Shown: in pieces, positions 20,287-28,505 of the stretch | Layout: every line of letters starts with the position of its first letter | Position numbering within the stretch: position 1 is the first letter of the stretch | DNA from: an uncultured Oscillospiraceae bacterium | GTDB taxonomy: Bacteria > Bacillota > Clostridia > Oscillospirales > Oscillospiraceae | NCBI GenBank assembly: GCA_949841355.1 | Contig: CATKZP010000001.1 | Span: forward strand, 173,682-237,681 | DNA: 64,000 nt | Reading direction: 5' to 3' | Program-made: the position numbers and the translations under genes | Notes under the pieces: generated by a model | What the model saw: the letters and a program-made list of their open reading frames with translations, nothing else | Told to the model about the DNA's origin: nothing | The model's database searches: none

Positions 20287-20577
20287 TCAGTCTGTATCTT
20301 CAACATCATGGGCCGCCTGGTTCAGATGCTTCTCCAGCTTATCCAAGGCGGCAGTTACAGGGCCGTTGCACCCTTTCTCCTTAAGACCCTTGAGGCAGGC
20401 AAGCACCCCATAGCAGATAAGGGTCTGTTCGTTGCGGATTGCCGCGATAGCCTCGTCCTGCTTCTTGTTCCGCAGTACAAACCTGTGGCACCATAAGGCA
20501 ACGCCACCGATCACCCCCAGGGCGGTCAGCAGCGCGGCCAGCTCGATGAGCATATCCGCGCTGATTGTCACTTCCAT
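20287..20577 (-). CDS. Putative holin-like membrane protein
   Basis: One N-terminal TM helix plus coiled coil; first gene of the lysis cassette. Confidence 0.55.
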   Translation of the reverse strand: MEVTISADMLIELAALLTALGVIGGVALWCHRFVLRNKKQDEAIAAIRNEQTLICYGVLACLKGLKEKGCNGPVTAALDKLEKHLNQAAHDVEDTD

Positions 20578-20602
20578 TTACACATTCCCCCAAAGATAAA
20601 TT

Positions 20603-20628
20603 TGGGAGGACGGTATCCCGTCCTCCCA
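20603..20628 (-). terminator. Hairpin separating tail/DGR genes from lysis genes
   Basis: TGGGAGGACGG-tatc-CCGTCCTCCCA. Confidence 0.6.
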
Positions 20629-20633
20629 TTGGC

Positions 20634-21080
20634 TTACTGTCGTTTGACTACCGCCCCCACCAGGGCGGCGATGTGCCGGAGGTCCTCCACCGGCGCATCA
20701 TAGAAGTCGTGGTTCCAGATCCAGAAGTCCTCGTGTTCCGGCCGCTTGTAGTTCTGGCACAGGGGGTCGGCCCACACCTTATTCCACCGGGCCTGCAGTT
20801 CCGCCCGGCACTTCTCTCCAGCGTTGGGCGGTGTCTCCAGCCGGGTGAGGATGGCGGCCACCAGCTGGCCACGCTCCTGGCCCTGGCCGTCATCGTCCTG
20901 GCTGAAGAACTCGTGGGCGTTCTGGCTGGTATCCACGCACAGCGGCTGGCCTTTCCACAACAAAAAACCATCCTGGGCCTCCAGGATGGAACCGTATGGA
21001 ATATTGACCTGCTGGCCATTGCAGCCCTTGAACCTCGCCCGCCTCCGGGCGACGTACCTTTTGTGGATGATCTGCTCCAT
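20634..21080 (-). CDS. Hypothetical phage protein (148 aa)
   Basis: ORF with RBS in co-directional operon. Confidence 0.7.
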   Translation of the reverse strand: MEQIIHKRYVARRRARFKGCNGQQVNIPYGSILEAQDGFLLWKGQPLCVDTSQNAHEFFSQDDDGQGQERGQLVAAILTRLETPPNAGEKCRAELQARWNKVWADPLCQNYKRPEHEDFWIWNHDFYDAPVEDLRHIAALVGAVVKRQ

Positions 21081-21083
21081 GGC

Positions 21084-21248
21084 TTACTCCTCCGTGGTCT
21101 CGGCGGGGGCCTTGCTGGGCAGCATACCCATCAGCTCGGTATACTCCTCCGCCGTGATCTTGCTGGACGCCAGGAAGATGTCCAGCTTCTCCTCCATGCC
21201 TTCGATCTGGCCGCGCTCGATCATGCGCTTAAGGGTCCGATACAGCAT
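21084..21248 (-). CDS. XkdX-like small tail-associated protein (54 aa, not in ORF track)
   Basis: MLYRTLKRMIERGQIEGMEEKLDIFLASSKITAEEYTELMGML; ITxEEY motif. Confidence 0.65.
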   Translation of the reverse strand: MLYRTLKRMIERGQIEGMEEKLDIFLASSKITAEEYTELMGMLPSKAPAETTEE

Positions 21249-21265
21249 CTTCTACACCTCCCCTC

Positions 21266-21601
21266 TCAAATGGTCTCACTATCTGCCGCCACACCAAGCT
21301 CCAACAGGGTGATGCGGTATTCGTGGTCTACGGTCAGGCCGTCAATGTCTGCCGAAAGGTCGTGGGCCGCAGCGACCATCGGGCCGGCGTCCGTTTCCTC
21401 CAGCATGACGATATCCAGCACCCCCATACCCTCCGGGGACTCTCGGCCCAGCAGGCGGTAGGGCGTCCCTTCAAAAGCAATGCCCGAAGCCTCCGGCTCC
21501 GGGCACAGGTTGTAGCAGCCGTTCTCGGCCTGCTTGATGTAAGTGGGGGTCTCGGTCATGCCGATGCGTTCCCCATTACTGGTTCGTGTGATTGTGAACA
21601 T
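21266..21601 (-). CDS. Hypothetical tail-fibre-associated protein (XkdW-like position)
   Basis: RBS GGAGGTG; C-terminal EYRITLLELG coiled-coil motif; precedes the XkdX-like gene. Confidence 0.55.
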   Translation of the reverse strand: MFTITRTSNGERIGMTETPTYIKQAENGCYNLCPEPEASGIAFEGTPYRLLGRESPEGMGVLDIVMLEETDAGPMVAAAHDLSADIDGLTVDHEYRITLLELGVAADSETI

Positions 21602-22734
21602 TTTGCACCTCCAAAAAAGATAGCATGGTAGAGCCGCCGTAGGCGAAGCAGGCGGCCATGGTCATTGAAATTGCGGTAGTAGGCGCTCTGGCATTCCATG
21701 TACTGCTCCACGTCTTTCAGGGGACGCTTGCCCGCCTTGAACTCCCGATAGAACAGCTTCAGCTTCCGCCTGGCTCGCTTTACACCGTCCCGACTGCCGT
21801 TGACCTTGATTTTCCCGGTTTCCGTCAGGGTAAACCGGGCTTTGCAGAATCGGAAGGGCTTTGTGAGGGGGATGATCTGGCACTTACGCTTGTTGACACG
21901 GATGCCCATAGCTTCAAAGCGCCGAACCAGCTCCCGCGCAAATTCCTTCAGGTTTTCAACGTCGGGCAGGATAGCCCAATAATCATCCGCATAGTGGCCG
22001 AAGCAATGGACGCCCATCTGACATTTGGCCCAATTATCTACGGCACTGGGCAGCGACATCATCTCCAGCTGGCTCGGCTCCACACCAAGCGGCATCCCAC
22101 GTCCCGGTATGGGGGTAGGGGCGTTCTGAACGATAGTATCGGGCACCAATCGTAAATCAGGGTTGGGAATCAGGCGCTGGTGCCGCTGATAGATTTCGGT
22201 CTGCGGCGCCCATGGGAAAAATTTCTTTAGGTCCAGCAGCATAATGGCACCTGCCCGTCCATAGTGCCGGAAGTGCCAGTGTAGATGGTTCTTGAGCCGA
22301 TCAAATTGCCAGTGGAGCCCCTTTCCCTTTTGACTGGCACCGTTGTCGTAGATCATGCTGGGGCCATACAAGGGAACCAGCACCTCATTACAGAGAGTCT
22401 TGTGGATCTGCCGGTCGGTGATGTGGGGTGCGTCAATGGGGCGCACCTTGCCACGTTCGCGCAGGGTAAAATGGACACACTTTTTGGATTTCCACGTTCC
22501 GTCCAGAATCATTCGCCGCCTACTGGCGGTACCGGAAAACAGGTGGGATTCAAAGTTCTGGACGCTCTGTTTCCACCGGACGCCGTTGCAGCACTTCCGG
22601 CCATGAAAGAACATCTTCCGGTAGCTATACACTTTGCCAATGGGGCCGAGGGCGGCGCATCTGGCCTCTCTCTTTGCCTGCCGCTTTGCCTTGCGGCGTT
22701 GATACCGCGCCTCCCGGCGCTCCGAACTTGTCAT
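21556..22734 (-). CDS. DGR reverse transcriptase
   Basis: HITDRQIHK, LDLKKFF, GMPLGVEPSQ (SQ signature), HYADD catalytic motif, basic C-terminus. Confidence 0.93.
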   Translation of the reverse strand: MTSSERREARYQRRKAKRQAKREARCAALGPIGKVYSYRKMFFHGRKCCNGVRWKQSVQNFESHLFSGTASRRRMILDGTWKSKKCVHFTLRERGKVRPIDAPHITDRQIHKTLCNEVLVPLYGPSMIYDNGASQKGKGLHWQFDRLKNHLHWHFRHYGRAGAIMLLDLKKFFPWAPQTEIYQRHQRLIPNPDLRLVPDTIVQNAPTPIPGRGMPLGVEPSQLEMMSLPSAVDNWAKCQMGVHCFGHYADDYWAILPDVENLKEFARELVRRFEAMGIRVNKRKCQIIPLTKPFRFCKARFTLTETGKIKVNGSRDGVKRARRKLKLFYREFKAGKRPLKDVEQYMECQSAYYRNFNDHGRLLRLRRLYHAIFFGGAKCSQSHEPVMGNASA

Positions 22735-22972
22735 AAAAAAGTATTCGCCCTCCGTACAGTCGTCTTGTAGGGTGCCGTCTAAATCTGCGTTGCCCCAATA
22801 CACATGAAACGGGTTAGGCACATACCCCGCCATGCAAGAAGCGTCCGTGTAGGGGCATCAAAGGGCAGTTTTAGGGATTGGGTACCCAGGGAAGTATCTC
22901 TCCTTTTGCTAAGGTCGTCTTTCACCTGGCCAGATAAATCCAGCCTGTTACTCCATTTGACCCAGCATAGCA

Positions 22973-23100
22973 AAATCCGGGCAGCAGGCCCCCAGAGGCA
23001 TTAGCGTTGTTGTTGTTGTAGTTGCCGTCGGTGTTGACGATGCAGAAGTTATTGTTGTTGTTGTAATTAGGGGAGCGGAGCCACCACCACACCGCCGAGG
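22973..23100 (-). repeat. DGR template repeat (TR)
   Basis: 128 bp co-linear with 24054-24181; 13 AAY codons in the target frame; non-coding position between avd and RT. Confidence 0.95.
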
Positions 23101-23132
23101 GACAAATTTTCAGAGATACACCCAATTCTTGC

Positions 23133-23597
23133 TCAGGGTCTTTTCTTTTGAGCCAGGGATTTGACCGCGCCCTTTAAGAGCTCATTCTCCTTGTCAATCA
23201 GCTCCCCCAGGCTCTGCGCCATCTTGTCCAACTTCTCTGAGGCATCCTTAGCGCCGACGGTCTTCCCCTTTGAGGTGGTAAAGCACCCCTCCGGGTTTTC
23301 CATCATCACCAGGTAGCAGTGGGTCAGCCGGGAATCCAGCGCCATGAGAGAGGCCCGCGCTTCCAGGAGGTGAGCTTTCCGAAGCTCAATGCGCTGCGGG
23401 TCTGATGGGAAGATGCTGTTTGCCTTTTCAGCATGGTCAATGACCTCACCGGCCAGTTTGGCCACAGGCTCTGCAACGAGACGGGAGTATCTGGCCGACA
23501 GCCTTGTCAGAAAATTCAGCGTTTCCACATAAATCTGATGGGCCGTGTTGATAAACTCCGCCTTGCTGGTGGTGCGTTTTTGTGCGAGTACCGACAT
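23133..23597 (-). CDS. avd: Avd-like DGR accessory protein (four-helix bundle)
   Basis: 154 aa helical protein between target and TR; RYSRLVAEPVAKLAGEVIDHAEKANSIF..RIELRKAHLLEARASL; assigned mostly by position and size. Confidence 0.75.
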   Translation of the reverse strand: MSVLAQKRTTSKAEFINTAHQIYVETLNFLTRLSARYSRLVAEPVAKLAGEVIDHAEKANSIFPSDPQRIELRKAHLLEARASLMALDSRLTHCYLVMMENPEGCFTTSKGKTVGAKDASEKLDKMAQSLGELIDKENELLKGAVKSLAQKKRP

Positions 23598-23598
23598 T

Positions 23599-23787
23599 TT
23601 ACACCCCTGTTTCTGTCTCTCTGGGCTTGATGGGTCCACGCTCCCGTTCCACTTCCTCCAGATGCTTCAGCAGAACAAATTCGATGTAGTTCGTTACAGA
23701 GCGGTGTTCTTCCGTTGCCAGCGTTCCAACTTTGTTAAAGACTTCATCGGTGAGGCGCAGGGTAAACACCCGTTTTGTTGTCGCCAT
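23599..23787 (-). CDS. Arc/ribbon-helix-helix DNA-binding protein
   Basis: KRVFTLRLTDEVFNKVGTLATEEHRSVTNYIEFVL; RBS GGAGGG. Confidence 0.8.
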   Translation of the reverse strand: MATTKRVFTLRLTDEVFNKVGTLATEEHRSVTNYIEFVLLKHLEEVERERGPIKPRETETGV

Positions 23788-23818
23788 ACTTGACCCTCCA
23801 ACTGATAGGCATAAGGCT

Positions 23819-23875
23819 ATTATACGGTTGATGTTGCCCTTTGTATGCAGTCTAAAGGCAGGTAAGTGATAGCAT
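23819..23875 (-). promoter_or_regulatory. Putative promoter/operator of the RHH-avd-TR-RT unit
   Basis: TATAAT at 23824-23819; ATGCTATCA and ATGCCTATCA near-repeats flank it; no clear -35. Confidence 0.45.
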
Positions 23876-23961
23876 TTCCCGAAATTTATCGAATTTTGGT
23901 GGAAATTAACGGAGACCCAAAAATAAAAAATCGCGTCGGGCGCTTACGCGCCCTCCGTGTT

Positions 23962-24045
23962 CCGGCCCTGGCGGGCCGGTGAGCGTCCTGCCGGGAGGCC
24001 GCCCGCTTTCGCGGGCGGATCAGGCCGGGATCCTCTGCGGAGGAT
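23962..24045 (-). other. Hairpin/cruciform array 3' of VR
   Basis: Stems of 6, 8 and 7 bp with 4-nt loops CGCA, GAAA and GCCA on the minus strand. Confidence 0.7.
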
Positions 24046-25913
24046 TAGACAGCAAAGCCGGGCAGCAGGCCCCCAGAGGCATAAGCGTTGCTGTCGCCGT
24101 AGGAGCCGTCGGTGTAGACGATGCAGAAGTAACGGTTGCTGGCGTAATAAGGGGAGCGGAGCCACCACCACACCGCCGAGGCGGTGGATGTGTGTCTATA
24201 GGCAATTTTGCTATTACCAGCTTTATAATAGGCGTACTGAGCCTGAGAGTTTTTCTCAGTGTTATTTGCATAACCATCGTTACCCTGTACCTCATAGTTC
24301 GACAGGAGGAACAGGTAGTCAGTGGTTGCCGTCACATTGCCCGCTACATGGCCGGTGTTATTGCCCACGTTGTCCGTGTACTTAGTCACAGACTTCATGC
24401 AGCTCCGCAAATCAGAGGGAAGGGCCGCCATCAGACTGTTAGCCACAGGGCTGGTCGGGGTTTTGCTGTTACCCAGCAGCGTCTTCCGCATATAGCTGTC
24501 CTTCCAGCCGCCCACATTGGTGTTGCTGCTGTTCATGTGGAAATAACCGTCCCCAGAAACACCGGAGCCGTAGTTGTTGTCACACAGAGCCACCATCTTC
24601 CCGCTGATCTTGCCGATCTGGAAGTGGATGCGGTTGGCACCTTCCTTGCCGCTGTTGTGATTGAATCCCAAGATGAACGCCTGCACAGACAGATTGGAGA
24701 TACCGAAGCTGCCCACCGTACCGTTGATAGTGATGGTCTTGGTGTCTCCCACCGCCCAATAGCTGGCCCCTGTACCGGCATCCGAGACCTGTTTGATGGT
24801 GCTCCAGGAGTTGTCGTTGAGGGTGTTGGTGGGGAGGGTCACCGTCACGCTGCACGTCTTATCCGCCGGCGCAAGGTGATTGGTGCCCGCCGCCACCTTG
24901 ACGGTGATAGTTGCGCTGCCCTTGCCCTTGGCAGTCACGGTAACGTTGGAGCCCGACACGCTCACCGTGGCCACGCTGGTATTACTGGAGGTGGCGGAGA
25001 TTGTGCCATCCCCGGCCCTCGTTACACCGATAGTGCCGGACATAGCCCCTGCGTTCAGCGACAGGCTGGTCTTATTCAGCGACAGGCTACCCGCCGCCTT
25101 GGCAATGCTCCACGAGACTGTCTTGGCGGTAGTCGTACCGTCCGGCCACTGGAAGTTGGCCCCCGGCGTGAAGCTCGCGCTGTAGGTTCCGACATTGGTT
25201 GCCTTACTGGTGCCGCCGATGGTCATTTTACTGGTGTCGTATCCGGTGAACTGCCCCGTCAGTTCACCGCCCGTATAGGTCTGCGCGGCCTTTGCGGTAG
25301 GGACACTGATGACAGCCCGCTGGATCGTCCACTGAATCGTCTTTGCCGTGGTGGTGCCATCCGGCCACTTGAAGCCCTCTTTGGGTGTGACTGTGGCCTC
25401 GTAGGTTCCCACGTTCGTCCCGCTGGTGGTTCCGCCCAGCGTGAGCTTGGATGTGTCCAGCCCGTTCCATGAGGGGCTTTGTACGGCCCCCGTGTAGTAA
25501 AGCGCACCGTTCTGCGTAGGAACGATATTGATGGTGCTGTTGAGATCGGTGATGGCTTTTGCGGCATCCTCTGCCGCTTTCTGCGCATTCTCCGCAGCTG
25601 TTTTTGCCGTGCCTGCATCCCGCTTGGCCGCGTTTGCGGCATCGAGAGCGTCGGCGGCGGCCTGCCTGATCTCCCCGATGGTGCCCTCGTTGGTGGTGGC
25701 TTTTTCCAGCGCCTCGTCCGCCGTGGACTTCGCGGCGTTGGCGTTGGTATCCGCAGCATTCGCCCTCTCCAGAGCAGCGTTCGCCGTAGACTGTGCGCTG
25801 TTGGCAATATCCTGCACACCTTCTGCGGCAACTTTGGCGGCGTTCGCAATGTCAGAGACATCCCTCAGCTCTTTCGCGGTGACACCAGGGACATTCACAG
25901 TTCCAAATGCCAT
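24045..25913 (-). CDS. DGR target: tail fibre / receptor-binding protein (coiled coil, two ~73-aa repeats, Ig-like domain, DUF6273-like C-terminal domain)
   Basis: Twice-repeated TNVGTY...F.WPDGTTTAKT; SSNTSVATVS Ig motif; ends WWWLRSP...GLLPGFAV. Confidence 0.88.
   Translation of the reverse strand: MAFGTVNVPGVTAKELRDVSDIANAAKVAAEGVQDIANSAQSTANAALERANAADTNANAAKSTADEALEKATTNEGTIGEIRQAAADALDAANAAKRDAGTAKTAAENAQKAAEDAAKAITDLNSTINIVPTQNGALYYTGAVQSPSWNGLDTSKLTLGGTTSGTNVGTYEATVTPKEGFKWPDGTTTAKTIQWTIQRAVISVPTAKAAQTYTGGELTGQFTGYDTSKMTIGGTSKATNVGTYSASFTPGANFQWPDGTTTAKTVSWSIAKAAGSLSLNKTSLSLNAGAMSGTIGVTRAGDGTISATSSNTSVATVSVSGSNVTVTAKGKGSATITVKVAAGTNHLAPADKTCSVTVTLPTNTLNDNSWSTIKQVSDAGTGASYWAVGDTKTITINGTVGSFGISNLSVQAFILGFNHNSGKEGANRIHFQIGKISGKMVALCDNNYGSGVSGDGYFHMNSSNTNVGGWKDSYMRKTLLGNSKTPTSPVANSLMAALPSDLRSCMKSVTKYTDNVGNNTGHVAGNVTATTDYLFLLSNYEVQGNDGYANNTEKNSQAQYAYYKAGNSKIAYRHTSTASAVWWWLRSPYYASNRYFCIVYTDGSYGDSNAYASGGLLPGFAV
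24054..24181 (-). repeat. DGR variable repeat (VR) at the 3' end of the tail-fibre gene
   Basis: 16 mismatches to TR, all at TR adenines. Confidence 0.95.
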
Positions 25914-25918
25914 TGATT

Positions 25919-26359
25919 TTACTCCTTTCCTTGTTCAATCCAGTATTCCGCCGCAATAGCGGCACTGGGCACACTGGCGGCCCGCAGGCGTACCTTGCCC
26001 TCCATGGACTCGCAGGTCGGGCACAGACCGCACTCAACCGCCGCATCAAGCCCGGCGGGGGCAAGTGTTATCTCCACCCGATCCGTGGCTGTCACGCCGG
26101 TCACCGGCATATCGTAATAGTTCGGATAGTTCTCTGTCTCATCCTTCTCCCAGCCGGTTGCAGGAATGGTGCATGAAGTCCCCTTCGGCTTGTCCTGCTT
26201 TCCCGCAATGTCCTTCGCAGTCAGCTCGGAGAGCCTTGCGAAGTCTTCTCCAAGACCAGAGACGGCGGACTTATTCTCGTCCGCCGCCCCCTTCAACCGA
26301 GCGAGAGAGGAAAGCAGAGCGGCCCACGACTGGGGGTCGAACGCTTTCCACTTCCACAT
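25919..26359 (-). CDS. Tail-fibre-associated protein
   Basis: Shares a TIPxxGW...CGLCP domain with 27175-28491. Confidence 0.6.
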   Translation of the reverse strand: MWKWKAFDPQSWAALLSSLARLKGAADENKSAVSGLGEDFARLSELTAKDIAGKQDKPKGTSCTIPATGWEKDETENYPNYYDMPVTGVTATDRVEITLAPAGLDAAVECGLCPTCESMEGKVRLRAASVPSAAIAAEYWIEQGKE

Positions 26360-26375
26360 GGATATTACCTCCCAC

Positions 26376-26861
26376 TTACTCGCCCTGGGCCTCGTCTGCG
26401 AACAGCGCAAGGATCTCGGCCTCGGTTGCCGTGGTGATGTCCTCGGCCTTCACATAGCCGGACAGATCCACAAAGCCGGCCAGAACATCGTACTTGTACT
26501 CCTCCCCAGACTGTACGACGACCACGTTGGTCCCGGCGGGGTGCTTCTTACCCGCACCCTCAACGAAGCTGTCAGTTGTGGTGAACTTGTCGGTCACGTT
26601 GACAACCAGTCCCAGATTGACCTCGGTCAGCTCAGGCAGATCAGCAAAGGCCGCGCTGCCGCCGGCCTTGTAGGTGCTGGACACCTTGGCGTTGATGGCG
26701 GCGGTGACCTGCTCCTCGGTCTGATACTTGGCATCGTTGGTCAGGGCGGAGACGGCGGTAGGGATAGCGTCCTTGCGGGCGTACTTGGCCTTCATCTGGT
26801 CAGAGAAAGTGGTCAGGTTTTCCAGGGAGATGTTTTTCGTCTTAGCAGTAGTCTCAGGCAT
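26376..26861 (-). CDS. Tail-fibre-associated hypothetical protein
   Basis: ORF with RBS in the fibre operon. Confidence 0.6.
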   Translation of the reverse strand: MPETTAKTKNISLENLTTFSDQMKAKYARKDAIPTAVSALTNDAKYQTEEQVTAAINAKVSSTYKAGGSAAFADLPELTEVNLGLVVNVTDKFTTTDSFVEGAGKKHPAGTNVVVVQSGEEYKYDVLAGFVDLSGYVKAEDITTATEAEILALFADEAQGE

Positions 26862-26898
26862 TTTTATTCCTCCTAAAATGTCGTTCAAGAAAAGTGGA

Positions 26899-26932
26899 GG
26901 AGCGCACGACATCTCGGCCTGTCGTGCGCTCC
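26899..26932 (-). terminator. Internal terminator-like hairpin in the tail-fibre operon
   Basis: 13-bp stem GGAGCGCACGACA/TGTCGTGCGCTCC followed on the minus strand by CACTTTTCTT. Confidence 0.55.
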
Positions 26933-26941
26933 TTGCTGGTC

Positions 26942-27148
26942 TTACTCGCCGGTGGTTTCGCCGCCGCTGGGCTCCGGCTCCTTGAACAGGGCCAGAACCT
27001 CCTCGGTGGTGGCGTAGGTAACGCCGGCGGCCTCGATGTTCTGGATCTGCTCCTTGACCTTGGCAACCTCGGCCTTGGTGGCGATGAGGGGCGCGGCCGC
27101 CTGCAGGGCGTCCAGGGTCACGGCCTTCTGGGTAGTGTTCTCAGACAT
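26942..27148 (-). CDS. Small tail-associated protein (68 aa)
   Basis: RBS AAAGGAG; shares the ATxEEVLALF motif with the neighbouring gene. Confidence 0.6.
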   Translation of the reverse strand: MSENTTQKAVTLDALQAAAPLIATKAEVAKVKEQIQNIEAAGVTYATTEEVLALFKEPEPSGGETTGE

Positions 27149-27174
27149 GGTTTTTGCTCCTTTCTAAATAATTT

Positions 27175-28491
27175 TTATTCCTGGCCTTTGTCGGCCTTGG
27201 AACCATTGAAAAGCTCCGACACCTCAGCACTGCCGGCGGTGTCGAGGGAAATGTTGCCCCTCCCATCAATCTGCAGGCCAGAGCCAGGCTTGACCATCAC
27301 GCCGCCCAAGGTTGTTCCATCTGCCGCAGGAAGCGAGTAGGACGGGCCAGGAGCGGGAGACGGGCCGCTATACTGCGAGGCGTCCAGGAGCGTAAGGCGG
27401 GCACGGAGGGGCGTAGCGGGGGCCTCCTTTGCGTAGAGCCGAAGGGTGCCGTCCATCGTCTGTGTGGCAGGGCACAATCCGCAGTCCCCGGCCGCTTGCA
27501 GGGACTCAGGCAGGATGGTGAGCATTGGGGTAAGAGTCGCTGTAATGGCCTCGCTGACGATATCGATATGGATGGGGAACAGCCCGTCGGTGTCGTTACC
27601 TGCCTCCCAGCCAACGGTCGGGATGGTGATTTCCTCGCGGCTGTGAACATCTCCCAGCAGGATGACACTCACGCTGATTTCCTCGGCCGGAATGCTCTCG
27701 GCATAGACGCGCAAGGCCCCAGAGAGAGTGCTGGCAGTGGTACACAAGGCGCAGCCATTCGCCACACCAATAGATGAGGGCAGGACCGACAGCATCGGGA
27801 CCATATCCTCCTCCACCTTCGCATGGGCGATGTCCCGACGGTAGGCATACACCCCGCCAGTCTCGTCGTCAGGCTCCCAGCCTTCCGCAGGGATGGTCAA
27901 CTCGATACGCTCCGCACGGACCACGCCGCCCCCCAGCTTATCCTGCAGAGCTTTCACGGCTTGCCGGATGTCCTGGTGGGTCTCTGCATCGCGGCCATGC
28001 TCGGTGATGAGCTGCTGCACGGACTCCAGCGTAACCAAGGCGTCAGGGTCGATAGTGGCCGACACGTTGTCCACATCCCCAACGGCGGCGATGATGTCGA
28101 AATGAGCCAGCTTGCCCACGATGGAGCTTGCCGGGCGAATCCACTCCGGCTCGTTCTCCAGGCACAGGGCCGTGAACGGGACCTCGCCCTCGTCCGGGTC
28201 CTCAGCGTAGAGGATCAGCCAAGTGCAGTAGAATCCGTTCTCCACATGAACGCTGTTGATCTGGACCGACACCTGACACTCACCGTCAACCGGGTTTGTG
28301 ACGGAGCTTATCATAGCGTCCATGACATACTCAGGCGGTTCCGTGAGGGTCTTGGGCGTCAGGTCTTCCGGCATCGCCCCCTTGCCAGCTGCCACGCGAG
28401 TGTAGTGCATCCGGCACCGGCCCGCGAGGACTTTGGCAATGAGGGCAATACCTTTGAGGCTGCCATAGCAGCCATCTTCAATTTTTGGCAC
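27175..28491 (-). CDS. Tail fibre/collar protein
   Basis: Baseplate-attachment-like N-terminus after the wedge genes, then two repeated domains. Confidence 0.7.
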   Translation of the reverse strand: MPKIEDGCYGSLKGIALIAKVLAGRCRMHYTRVAAGKGAMPEDLTPKTLTEPPEYVMDAMISSVTNPVDGECQVSVQINSVHVENGFYCTWLILYAEDPDEGEVPFTALCLENEPEWIRPASSIVGKLAHFDIIAAVGDVDNVSATIDPDALVTLESVQQLITEHGRDAETHQDIRQAVKALQDKLGGGVVRAERIELTIPAEGWEPDDETGGVYAYRRDIAHAKVEEDMVPMLSVLPSSIGVANGCALCTTASTLSGALRVYAESIPAEEISVSVILLGDVHSREEITIPTVGWEAGNDTDGLFPIHIDIVSEAITATLTPMLTILPESLQAAGDCGLCPATQTMDGTLRLYAKEAPATPLRARLTLLDASQYSGPSPAPGPSYSLPAADGTTLGGVMVKPGSGLQIDGRGNISLDTAGSAEVSELFNGSKADKGQE

Positions 28492-28505
28492 AGGTACTCC
28501 TCCTT

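Larger units (their letters stand above)
21556..25913 (-). mobile_element. Diversity-generating retroelement (target/VR - RHH - avd - TR - RT)
   Basis: RT + Avd-like gene + TR/VR pair with adenine-only mismatches. Confidence 0.96.

Noticed and set aside
21556-22734. RT as a group II intron, retron or Abi RT
   Set aside because: No maturase/endonuclease extension or intron ends; the adjacent TR/VR pair and Avd-like gene explain it as a DGR RT
23011-23062. (GTT)n microsatellite as a phase-variation tract
   Set aside because: It is the AAC-codon run of the template repeat
22922-23125. 67-aa Asn-rich ORF
   Set aside because: It is the DGR template repeat read in the target frame; the AAC codons serve mutagenesis and there is no convincing RBS
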